The notes below the pieces were generated by a model. That model ran no database searches. It worked only from the letters and a program-made list of their open reading frames with translations, and was not told the origin of the DNA. A stretch of DNA of 64,000 nt. Source: an uncultured Alphaproteobacteria bacterium (lineage in GTDB: Bacteria; Pseudomonadota; Alphaproteobacteria; Rhizobiales; Xanthobacteraceae). Made by a program: the position numbers and the translations under genes. The stretch covers positions 281,863-345,862 of the forward strand of contig CAVTIW010000001.1 of the NCBI GenBank assembly GCA_963734795.1, written 5' to 3'. Positions 43,388 to 52,562 of the stretch are shown piece after piece (position 1 is the stretch's first letter; the number at the start of each line of letters is the position of its first letter).

Positions 43388-45795
43388 TTGGCTTGCTCTT
43401 GTGGTTTGCCTTGTTGCGCGTCGGCGATGGCATCGCCAATGGCGGAAATTCGAATCGGAAGCTTGTTGAAGGAGATACCGAGCGGCGCGACGCAATCGTT
43501 GATGGCGCCGGAGATCGCGGCCGGGGCGCCGAGATAGCCGCTTTCGCCGGAACCCTTCTGGCCGAACACGGTGTAGGGCGACGGCGTGCAGTGATGCACG
43601 ATCTCGACTTCCGGGACCTCATGCGAGGACGGCAGCAGGTAATCCATGAAACTCTGGGTGATCAGCTGGCCCTCGTCGTCGTAGACGAACTCCTCCAGCA
43701 GCGCCGCACCGAGGCCGTGCGCGATGCCGCCCAGCGTCATGCCCTTGACGATGTGCGGGTTGATGACGGTGCCGCAATCGTGGCCGATCACGTAGCGCCG
43801 GATTTCCGGCTTGCCGAGTGCGGGATCGATCGCCATCAGCACCACATGAAACTCGAACGAGTGGCACGGATACATCTGCACGCGGCCGTTTTTCGGCAGC
43901 TTGTTGCCGGTCGGCACCTGCATCACATGGGTCGCCTCGAGGCCGGGCTCCATGCCCTGCGGCAACAGGTGAAAATTGCGATGCGCGATATTGACGATTT
44001 CCGCCCAGCCCAACTGCTTGCCGCTGGTCGGATCGGTGACGCCGCCCGAGGCGTAAACAACCTTGTCTTCGCCAACACCGAATTGATGCGCCGCGACCCG
44101 CGTCAGCTTGGCTTTCAGCTTCTGCGCCGCGTGGAATGCCGCGCCGCCCAGCATGATCGCCATCCGGCTGCCGACCGGCGAGTTGGACGGCAGGCACGCC
44201 AGCGAATCCGGCCGCACCACGCGGATCAGATCAGGCTCGATCTGCAGCACTTCGCCGATCACGGTGGCCACCAGGGTTTCGTGGCCCTGCCCCGACGAGG
44301 TGTTGTGGATGGTCACCGTGACGAAGCCGAGCCCGTCGATATTGATGCGGCATGAATCCATCCAGGTGGTGGTGGTGTTCTTCTCGTTCAGCAGCGGTTC
44401 GAACGAGGAGTTGCCGCCGCTCGGCTCCAGGCAGGCGGCGATGCCGATGCCGGCCAGCAGCCCGGAGGCTCGCAACCGGTCGCGCTCCTGCTCCATCGCG
44501 GCGAAATCGATATGCGCGAACACCTTGTCGACCACGGTGTGATAGTCGCCGCTGTCATAGGTGCTGCCGCTCGGGATCAGATAGGGAAACTGTTCCTTGC
44601 GAATGAAGTTGCGGCGGCGCACCTCGATGCGTTCGAGCCCGACGGCCGCGGCGACCTTGTCGATCGCGGTCTCGATCGCATAATTGGTCGGCGCCTGGCC
44701 GAAGCCGCGCACGGCTTCCTGCACCGCCTTGTTGGTGGTGACCGACTGCGCGCGGTACTGCACGCTTTCGATTTTGTAGGGGCCGACAATGGCGCCGATC
44801 GGCTTGCCCAGTTGGAACGGCGCACGGCCGGCATAGGCGCCGGCATTGTCCAGCGCGCGGATCTTCATCGATTTGACGATGCCGTCATTGTTGAAGGCCA
44901 CATCGACGTCGAAAATGCGTTCCGGGCCGTGGGCGTCGCCGCCGCGCATGTTTTCCAGCCGGTCCTCGATCAGGCGCACGGGACGGCCGAGCCGTCGCGC
45001 CAGATACGCCACCAGCACCGTCTGCTTGATGCCGCGCTTGACGCCGTAGCTGCCGCCGACGTCGACATCCTGGTGCACGCGCACGCAATTGGCCGGAATC
45101 CGCAATGCGCGTGCGATCTGGTCGGGATATTTCGGCATCTGGATCGAGGCCCACACGTCCAGCATGTCGCGCCACGGATCCCAGGACGCAGCGACCCCGA
45201 AAGTCTCGATCGGAACGGTGGAGTTGCGCCCCCAGGTCACCCGGAACGACAGATGGCGCGGGCTGTCCGCAAAATGTTTTTCCACCTCGCCCCAGACGAA
45301 GGTGCGGTCGAGCAGCACGTTGGAGCCATGGGCGGGATGAACCGGCGGGCTGTCCGGTTTCAACGCGGCTTCCGCGTTGACCACGAAAGGCAGCGGCTCA
45401 TAGGTGACGCGGACCTTCTCGGTGGCGTCCTCGGCCAGCGCGCGGCTATCGGCGACCACGGCCACCACCCATTCGCCGGCATAGCGGGTCTGCCCCACCG
45501 CCAGCGGATGGCGCTGCACTTTCGGCGTATCGAGCCCGTTCATCAGGGGATCGGTCGCGGCGGCGAGTTCATCGCCGGACAGCACATAATGCACGCCCGG
45601 CATCGCCAGCGCCGCCGACGCGTCGATCGAAACGATGCGCGCGGCCGGATGCTGCGACGGCAGGATCGCGACATGCAGCAGGCCTTCGAGCGCGACATCC
45701 GCGACGAATTGGCCGCGACCGGCGACGAAGCGGCGATCCTCGCGCACCCTGCGGTTGGTCGAGACGAAGCGGAAGGTGGCGGGATCCGCGCTCAT
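43384..45795 (-). CDS. Xanthine dehydrogenase family molybdopterin-binding large subunit (CoxL-like, not CO dehydrogenase)
   Basis: RVREDRRFVAGRGQFVAD, VGGSYGVK, AVRGFG, SGQGHET, VGSR, DCGTVINP, KGSGESG. Confidence 0.93.
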   Translation of the reverse strand: MSADPATFRFVSTNRRVREDRRFVAGRGQFVADVALEGLLHVAILPSQHPAARIVSIDASAALAMPGVHYVLSGDELAAATDPLMNGLDTPKVQRHPLAVGQTRYAGEWVVAVVADSRALAEDATEKVRVTYEPLPFVVNAEAALKPDSPPVHPAHGSNVLLDRTFVWGEVEKHFADSPRHLSFRVTWGRNSTVPIETFGVAASWDPWRDMLDVWASIQMPKYPDQIARALRIPANCVRVHQDVDVGGSYGVKRGIKQTVLVAYLARRLGRPVRLIEDRLENMRGGDAHGPERIFDVDVAFNNDGIVKSMKIRALDNAGAYAGRAPFQLGKPIGAIVGPYKIESVQYRAQSVTTNKAVQEAVRGFGQAPTNYAIETAIDKVAAAVGLERIEVRRRNFIRKEQFPYLIPSGSTYDSGDYHTVVDKVFAHIDFAAMEQERDRLRASGLLAGIGIAACLEPSGGNSSFEPLLNEKNTTTTWMDSCRINIDGLGFVTVTIHNTSSGQGHETLVATVIGEVLQIEPDLIRVVRPDSLACLPSNSPVGSRMAIMLGGAAFHAAQKLKAKLTRVAAHQFGVGEDKVVYASGGVTDPTSGKQLGWAEIVNIAHRNFHLLPQGMEPGLEATHVMQVPTGNKLPKNGRVQMYPCHSFEFHVVLMAIDPALGKPEIRRYVIGHDCGTVINPHIVKGMTLGGIAHGLGAALLEEFVYDDEGQLITQSFMDYLLPSSHEVPEVEIVHHCTPSPYTVFGQKGSGESGYLGAPAAISGAINDCVAPLGISFNKLPIRISAIGDAIADAQQGKPQEQAK

Positions 45796-46376
45796 CTCGT
45801 CACCTCGACGGGTTCGTCGGCTTCCGCAGCCTCCAGCACGCCTTCGACAGGAGCATCGTGTTCGGCTGGCGCATGATGCAACGCGCCATGATGCGGCTGC
45901 GGCGTGTTGGCGATCCGCAGACGGGCGGCGGCGAATTCAACCGCCTCGATGATCTGCCCATAGCCGGTGCAGCGGCAGATATTGCCGGAAATCGCTTCGA
46001 CGATATCGTCGCGGGTCGGCGTCACCGTGTGCTGCAGCAAGGCATGCGCTGATAGAATCATGCCGGGCGTGCAGTATCCGCATTGCAGGCCATGGGTTTC
46101 GCAGAACGCGTCCTGCAGCACGCTGAGTTCGCCCGGCGCCGGCGCGAGGCCCTCGATCGTCGTGATCTCGTAGCCGTCGGCCTGCACCGCGAACATCAGG
46201 CAGGATCGCACCGGCTCGCCATCGACCAGCACCGTGCAGGCGCCGCAGACGCCGTGTTCGCAACCGGCATGGGTGCTGTTGAGAAGAAAATTCTCGCGCA
46301 GCGCGTCGAGCAGCGTTTTGCGCGGCTCGATATCGGCGGAATGTTTGGCGCCATTGATGCGCAAATCGACTTTCAT
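45792..46376 (-). CDS. (2Fe-2S) small subunit (CoxS-like)
   Basis: GCEHGVCGACTV, QCGYCTPG, GNICRCTGY; His-rich C-terminal extension. Confidence 0.95.
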   Translation of the reverse strand: MKVDLRINGAKHSADIEPRKTLLDALRENFLLNSTHAGCEHGVCGACTVLVDGEPVRSCLMFAVQADGYEITTIEGLAPAPGELSVLQDAFCETHGLQCGYCTPGMILSAHALLQHTVTPTRDDIVEAISGNICRCTGYGQIIEAVEFAAARLRIANTPQPHHGALHHAPAEHDAPVEGVLEAAEADEPVEVTR

Positions 46377-47257
46377 CGCACGGCTTCCATGGATCTGGCC
46401 GACGCATTGACGCGCGCCTGTTCGAGGGCGCGGATGCAAAGCACTGACGCGACGCGGCGGCGATAGGCGGCGCTGGCGTGCAGGTCGCTCATCGCGTCCA
46501 GTTCACCCGAGGCGGCATGGACCGCGTCGGCCACCGCGGCCGGATCGAGCGCGGTGCCGATCAACGAAGATACGTCGAGCCGCAACGGCCGATCGCCGAC
46601 GCCGCCGACGCCCAGCGCAATTTCAATGCAGCGGTCACCCTCATCGAGCGCGACTTGGGCCGCGGCCGCGACGAACGCGAAATCCGAGCGCCGCGCGCTG
46701 ATCTCGAAGAAGCCGACGCCGATGCGCTGATGCGGCCAGACCGGAAACCGCACCGCACTGACGCAATCGCCGGGATTGATGGTGGTCAGCATCGGCCCGA
46801 TGAAGAAATCATCCGCCGGCATCGATACCGGACCCTCGGTGGTCGCAAGCTGGATCTCGGCGCCGAGCGTCACCGCCACCAGCGGAATCTCGGCCGACGG
46901 ATCGGCGTTTGCGATCGAGCCGCCGACGGTGCCGCGGTTGCGGGTCGGGGGATGCCCGACCCATGGCAGCACCCGCGCCAGCATCGGTACCGATTTCCGG
47001 ATCACGGCATCGCGTTCGGCCTGCGCCTGCCGCGTGGTGGCGCCGACCACCACGGCGCCGGCCTCTTCGCGAATCCCCGCAAGCTCCGGCAATCGCAGGA
47101 TATCGATCAGCCTGGCCGGACGCGCCAGCCGCATCGCCAGCATCGGCACCAGCGTTTGCCCGCCCGCGATCACCCGCGCGTCCTCGTCGCCGGCCAAGAG
47201 TTCGCAGGCCTCGGCGAGCGAACCCGGTCTGACATATTCGAAGGGGGCGGGTTTCAT
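46373..47257 (-). CDS. FAD-binding medium subunit (CoxM-like)
   Basis: MKPAPFEYVRP, IAGGQTLVP, RNRGTVGGSIANADPSAE, RRSDFA. Confidence 0.94.
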   Translation of the reverse strand: MKPAPFEYVRPGSLAEACELLAGDEDARVIAGGQTLVPMLAMRLARPARLIDILRLPELAGIREEAGAVVVGATTRQAQAERDAVIRKSVPMLARVLPWVGHPPTRNRGTVGGSIANADPSAEIPLVAVTLGAEIQLATTEGPVSMPADDFFIGPMLTTINPGDCVSAVRFPVWPHQRIGVGFFEISARRSDFAFVAAAAQVALDEGDRCIEIALGVGGVGDRPLRLDVSSLIGTALDPAAVADAVHAASGELDAMSDLHASAAYRRRVASVLCIRALEQARVNASARSMEAVR

Positions 47258-47265
47258 CGGTGCCG

Positions 47266-47595
47266 CTAGCCCAGCGGCAAGCCGCTGATCGCCGGCGACA
47301 GCACCGACACGATCTGGTTTTTCAGCAGCGGGCCGCCGGTTTCGCTGGCGGCCTTCACCGCCGCCCATTCCGGATCCGCCGCGAACGATGCCCAGGCTTG
47401 CTTGCGCGCGTCCTCATTGGCGAAGCGCGTCATATAGGTCAGGCGGCCGTCTTCGTCAGGGGCGGTGAATGCGCCAACAAGCTCGATGCCGTGACGCGGA
47501 AAAAATGTGGGCACGACGCTGTCGCAAAACCGGCGGCGCATCGCATCGGCACGGCCCTCGGCGGCTTCATAAACCCTGATTTCATAGATCAACAC
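47266..47595 (-). CDS. NIPSNAP family protein
   Basis: IYEIRVYEAAEG...FPRHGIELVGAF...RKQAWASFAADPEW. Confidence 0.88.
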   Translation of the reverse strand: MLIYEIRVYEAAEGRADAMRRRFCDSVVPTFFPRHGIELVGAFTAPDEDGRLTYMTRFANEDARKQAWASFAADPEWAAVKAASETGGPLLKNQIVSVLSPAISGLPLG

Positions 47596-47669
47596 GCACT
47601 CCCGTCGTCACCGGCCGCCTCTCAAGAACCGCCGTCCTGCCGAGAACGATAGAAGCCTGGTGCGGAAAT

Positions 47670-47845
47670 TGTCAAACACAAACTAAGGCAATTAAGCAAA
47701 TTATGCGTGATTGAGCTGGTTCAATCCAGCAAATGAAGTGGTTATGGATTTCCAATAAATACTATTTAAAACAGCAGGTTGAGATTACGAAACTTTTTGA
47801 TTACCGATAAAATATTGGAGCTGACGCTCAAACCTGTGTCAAACA
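47670..47845. promoter_or_regulatory. AT-rich divergent promoter region with direct repeat TGTCAAACA
   Basis: TGTCAAACA at 47670-47678 and 47837-47845; candidate MocR operator. Confidence 0.4.
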
Positions 47846-47924
47846 TTGCGACAATTCAAAAATTGTACTACTCAGAAAATGCCGCGCCGCGGCTTGGCAG
47901 ATGCGACTTTGCGGATAACGGGAA

Positions 47925-49295
47925 ATGACGGACTGGGTGCCCACTCTCGCAGCGATCCAGGGACCACGCTATCTCGCCTTCGTGGTGGCGCTGGAAGCCG
48001 ATATCGCCGCGGGGCGCGTCAAGCCCGGCATGCGCCTGCTGCCCCAGCGCGATATGGCGCAGCGGCTCGAACTGAGTGTCGGGACGATTTCGAAGGCCTA
48101 TGCCGAGGCCGAGCAGCGCGGTCTGATCACCGGCGAAGTCGGACGCGGCACGTTCGTGCAACGACGACGGCCGGAGGCGCGCAGCCTCGGCCCCTCGGAG
48201 ACCACGATCAATCTGGCGCTGAATGTCCCGCCCTATACCGGCGAAGACGACGTCATCGCATCGGCGCTTGCAGAGATCGTCGCCGACGGCGAGATGTCGA
48301 ACCTGCTCGGATATCTGCCGCACCAGGGGCTGCGCCGGCATCGCGAGGCGATGGTGGTGTGGCTCAGTGCGCTCGGCTTGACCGCGGATGCCGACCATCT
48401 CTTCATCACCCATGGCGGGCAGCATGCGCTATCGATCGCGCTCGGCATGGTCGCGGCACCCGGCGACATGGTGCTGACCGAAAGCTACACCTATTCCGGC
48501 ATGCTCGCCCTCTCGGCGCAATGCGGTTATCGGCTTCACGGCGTCGCCACGGATGCATCCGGGCTGATCCCGGAAAATCTCGATCGTGCCTTTGTCGAGA
48601 CCCGGGCCCGCGTTCTCTATTGCATGCCGACGCTGCAGACCCCGACCGGATCGCTGATGCCGCCGGAGCGGCGGCAGGCCATCGCCGAGATCGTGCGCAA
48701 GCACGACGCCTATCTACTGGAGGACGACGCCTACGGATATTTGCTGTCGCCGCCGCTGCCGCCGATTTCCCGGCTGATTCCCGAGCGCAGCTTCTTCATC
48801 GTGAGTTTCGCAAAATGCCTGGCACCGGGCCTTCGCATTGCCGCGATGATCGCGCCGGAAGCGTTTCGCGACCGTTCGATCAACGCGTTGCGCGCCACCG
48901 GTTGGATGGCCGTGCCGGTCATGGCCGAAGTGGTGGCCAAGCTGATCTATAATGGCGGCCTCGCCCGGCAGGCCCGGCTGAAGCGCGACAAGGCCGCGGC
49001 GCGCGACGCCATCGTCCGGCGCATCCTGAAGGAATGGTTGCCGGCCTCTACCGGCACACCCGGCTTTCACATCTGGCTGCCGCTCCCGGCCGGCCGCACG
49101 CTGGCGGCCCTGATCGCGCAGGCGGCGCAAGCCGGCATCACGCTGGCGCCGCCCGGCACGCTGCAGCGGATGGAACGTGAAAGCCTCGGCGTCCGACTTT
49201 GCCTGGGGGCGCCCAGCACCGAAGCGGATCTGGAGCGCGCCTTGATCGAAATTCGGCGGATCCTCGAGATGGCCGAAGCGATCTCGTTCGTCTGA
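47925..49295 (+). CDS. MocR/GabR family regulator (GntR wHTH plus PLP aminotransferase-like domain)
   Basis: LLPQRDMAQRL..SVGTISKAY...GRGTFV; PTLQTPTG, LEDDAYG, SFAKCLAPGLR. Confidence 0.94.
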   Translation: MTDWVPTLAAIQGPRYLAFVVALEADIAAGRVKPGMRLLPQRDMAQRLELSVGTISKAYAEAEQRGLITGEVGRGTFVQRRRPEARSLGPSETTINLALNVPPYTGEDDVIASALAEIVADGEMSNLLGYLPHQGLRRHREAMVVWLSALGLTADADHLFITHGGQHALSIALGMVAAPGDMVLTESYTYSGMLALSAQCGYRLHGVATDASGLIPENLDRAFVETRARVLYCMPTLQTPTGSLMPPERRQAIAEIVRKHDAYLLEDDAYGYLLSPPLPPISRLIPERSFFIVSFAKCLAPGLRIAAMIAPEAFRDRSINALRATGWMAVPVMAEVVAKLIYNGGLARQARLKRDKAAARDAIVRRILKEWLPASTGTPGFHIWLPLPAGRTLAALIAQAAQAGITLAPPGTLQRMERESLGVRLCLGAPSTEADLERALIEIRRILEMAEAISFV

Positions 49296-49325
49296 AGCCA
49301 CCCACGACGACGTTCGGAGCGAACC

Positions 49326-49842
49326 ATGAGGAAAGCCTTCACCGCGCTGCTGGCCGTCGCCGTCCCGGCTGTGGCGACCGGCGTCAAAGCCGAGGAGTGG
49401 CCGACACGGTCCCCTACCGCGGCGCCAACCCCGCGATGCAGGATTTGATCAGCGGCCGGGTCGATTACCTCTGCGATATCATCACCACGGCCAAACCGCA
49501 GATCGACGGCGGCCCGGTGAAGGCGATCGCGATCCTGACCAGGCAGCGCTCGCCTGCCCTGCCCGACGTTCCCACCGCCATCGAGCAGGGTTTTGACGTC
49601 GAAGCCTACACCTGGAACGGGTTTTTCCTGCCCAGGGGCACGCCCGACGCCATCGTGCAAAAGCTCAATCATGCGACCGTCGAGGCCATGAAGACGCCGG
49701 AGGTGCGGGCGAAGCTTGAAAGCGCCGGGCTCCAGTTTGTCTCCGCCGATCGCACCACGCCGGACTATCTCGCCAAATTCGTGCAAGATGAGATCGCCAA
49801 ATGGGCGGTGCCGATCAAGGCCGGCGGCATCAGCGTCGATTG
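49326..49842 (+). pseudogene. Bug/TctC substrate-binding protein with large internal deletion
   Basis: Signal peptide MRKAFTALLAV...AEEWPTR joined out of frame to VPYRGANPAMQDLISGRVD...PDVPT..E.G; the middle half is missing. Confidence 0.78.
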
Positions 49843-49858
49843 GACGGGGGAAAAATCC

Positions 49859-50774
49859 GTGGAACCGCAACTCCTGACTATCGCCGAAAATGTCTATGCC
49901 TGGATCGGCGCCGGCGGCGACTTCGAACGCCGGCGCGATCGCCACCCCGCACGGCCTGCTGGTGATCGACGCCCAGCAATATCCCCGGCTGGCGCGTCAG
50001 TTTCGCGCCGCCATTGAGGCCAGGACCGGCAAGCCGGTCCGCATGCTGATCAACACCCATTGCCATCTCGACCACACCGCCGGGAATATTGTCTTCGCCG
50101 ACGTGCCGATCCTCGCCCACGACAGGACGCTGGCCGCGATGCATGCCAATCTCGGGCCGAAGCACGGCGCGCATTGGACCGTTTCGGATTACGCCACCAA
50201 GATCAAAATGCTGTTCGGGCAAAACCTGTTCGATCTGGTGCCCGAGAATGATCCGGCCCAGGCCTGGTTTCGGCAACGCATCGGCCTGCCCGATTACGCC
50301 ACCATGACGATCGCGCCGCCGACCGAAACATTTGCCGACCATTTCACCTTTGATCTGCCCAACGACACCATGCATCTGAACTATTGGGGTCCGGCGCATT
50401 GCGACGGCGACATCATCATCTCGCTGGAAAACAGCAGAGTGGTGTTTCTCGGCGATCTCCTGTTCTACGGACGGTTTCCCTGGCTCGGCGACTGCGATCT
50501 CAGCGGCCTGATCGACCGGCTCGCGCGCGTTCTCACGCTTGACGTTTCGATCGTCATTCCCGGGCATGGAATGCCGACCGATCTGGCACAGGTAAGTCGC
50601 TTCCGCGGCATGCTGGTCGCGCTGCGAAGCGCGGTCGAGGCGGCGATCAAGGCCGGTGCTTCGGAAGAAGCCGCCGTCCGCGAGGTGAAATTGCCTGGAT
50701 ATGCCGAGATTCCCCGCTACGCGGATTGGCTGCCGCATGACGTGCGCGCGACCTACCGCTATTTGCGTCATTGA
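49859..50774 (+). CDS. Metallo-beta-lactamase fold hydrolase (cyclase-like), frameshifted near 49920
   Basis: SNAG.I, LVID, INTHCHLDHTAGN, PAHCDGD, FLGDL, IPGHG. Confidence 0.88.
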
Positions 50775-50825
50775 TCAGATGAAAGAAATCGACGCTTTAC
50801 TATTTTCTCTTGGGAGGACGGCGAA

Positions 50826-51284
50826 ATGAAGCGCATCGTCGCTACCACCATTGCCATCCTGGCCTCGGTAATGTTCGCAGCCGCGCAGCCGGCCAAGGAG
50901 CCTTATGCGCCGGGTCTAGGCGAATTCATGACCGCTACGCAGCTTCGCCATGCCAAGCTGTGGTTCGCTGGCAAAGAGAATAACTGGGACCTCGCTGCTT
51001 ATGAGATTGACGAGATCACGGAAGGCCTGGAGGACGCCGAAAAGCAGTTTCCGACCCGTGACGGTCTCCCCGTCGCTGACATGATCAAGGCCAACATCGA
51101 TCCAGCGATCGAGGAACTCAAGAAGGCGGTCGAAGCCAGGAGCAGCGCCAAATTCGCCGCTGCCTTCGACCAGCTCACCAGCGCCTGCAACACCTGCCAC
51201 GCCGGGGCCAACAAGCCGTTCATTCGCATCCAGCGCCCGACATCGTCCCCATTGAGCAATCAAAATTTTGCGCCGGGACAGTAG
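50826..51284 (+). CDS. Periplasmic monoheme c-type cytochrome (four-helix, cytochrome c'-like)
   Basis: Signal peptide; helical; C-terminal TSACNTCH; RBS GGAGG. Confidence 0.75.
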   Translation: MKRIVATTIAILASVMFAAAQPAKEPYAPGLGEFMTATQLRHAKLWFAGKENNWDLAAYEIDEITEGLEDAEKQFPTRDGLPVADMIKANIDPAIEELKKAVEARSSAKFAAAFDQLTSACNTCHAGANKPFIRIQRPTSSPLSNQNFAPGQ

Positions 51285-51419
51285 CGGAAGCTGCGCGCAA
51301 TCCGCAGGAAATTTCGCATGAGGATTTCCTGGGTTTGAAATGTGCGCAGGACGGGTGGAGCGAGCGATAACCATCATATTGCAGACGACCGCGATGGGTT
51401 TGCGAAGCGCTCAACCTGT

Positions 51420-51845
51420 GATCTGTTGCCTGACGGGCAAATCATGATGTGCCCTTTCACTTGCATGTCCAGCCCCTTTTGCAAAAAATATTCTGATTTT
51501 CCGAATACCCAAATCAGTCCTTATGGTTGCCGTCCCGTGCCACTCGGAGGGGCGTTGCGCAACCTCACCAACGCAGGGCGGGATACGGTGGACGCGGATG
51601 GCACTGTTGACGAGAGTACTTGAGGCGGATGGCGAAGACGTGTTCCTGACACCCCGGTGCTGGTGTCAGGTCGGCGGGGACAACTCTGCCGGCGACGGAG
51701 GCAAGAAAGTCGATCTCCGGGGAGAGCACGCTATAAGCCGTAAACCATTGCGTGGGGAATGCCGGATGATTCCGGTGTGACCTGACTAACGCGTGTACGT
51801 TCTGCCACTACCATCGCACGCGCGGCAGCGGGCGCATCGGGCGTG
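51420..51845 (+). repeat. Long structured intergenic element (repeat / candidate ncRNA)
   Basis: No credible ORF; stems TTGCC/GGCAA (51426-51440) and CCTGACACC/GGTGTCAGG (51645-51670), among others; recalled as resembling a multicopy Bradyrhizobiaceae intergenic sequence (unverified). Confidence 0.55.
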
Positions 51846-52102
51846 CGTTCGCAGGGACGACCCGCTGAGGGTTTGTGCGAGACCACAACCGTATCAACGC
51901 GCGGCTCAATTCAGCTATATGCGATAGCGCTCCCCGCAAACGGGGCGAAGTGAACAAGCGGTCTCCCGAAACCACGTGCAACACCGGAAAATCAATTATC
52001 TTCCTCCTGCAAGCGCAGAATCTTGATTTGAACTGTTGCCGTTTTCCAGTACAGCTTCGCCTCGAAGTCCTCTCGATGGATTGGACTAACCAGGGGAACG
52101 CG

Positions 52103-52552
52103 ATGGCAAACCTCACTATCAACGGCAAAACGATCGATGTCGACGTCGAAGCGGATACGCCGCTGCTTTGGGCGATCAGGGAAAATGTCGGGCTGACCGG
52201 CACCAAATACGGTTGCGGCATCGCGCAATGCGGCGCCTGCACCGTCCATATCGACGGCGTCGCGACGCGCTCCTGCGCCGTATTGGTCAGCGAAGCCGCC
52301 GGCAAGCAGATCACCACCATCGAAGGCCTCGCCGTCAACGGCGCCCTGCACAAGGTGCAGCAGGCCTGGATCAACAACGACGTCCCGCAATGCGGTTATT
52401 GCCAGAGCGGCATGATCATGGCGGTGGCGGCGCTGCTCAAGGACAATCCGAAGCCGACCGACGCTGACATCGACGACGCCATCACCAATATCTGCCGTTG
52501 CGGCACCTTCCAGCAGGTGCGCGAGGCGATCCACGCCGCCGCGAACGTTTGA
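52103..52552 (+). CDS. (2Fe-2S) subunit, isoquinoline 1-oxidoreductase alpha (IorA)-like
   Basis: [37 protein letters not shown]. Confidence 0.94.
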   Translation: MANLTINGKTIDVDVEADTPLLWAIRENVGLTGTKYGCGIAQCGACTVHIDGVATRSCAVLVSEAAGKQITTIEGLAVNGALHKVQQAWINNDVPQCGYCQSGMIMAVAALLKDNPKPTDADIDDAITNICRCGTFQQVREAIHAAANV

Positions 52553-52562
52553 GGAAGCAGCC

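Noticed and set aside
43384-47257. Aerobic CO dehydrogenase (coxMSL plus coxG)
   Set aside because: The active-site loop is EAVRGFG, not AYXCSFR or AYXGAGR, and there is no coxDEF.
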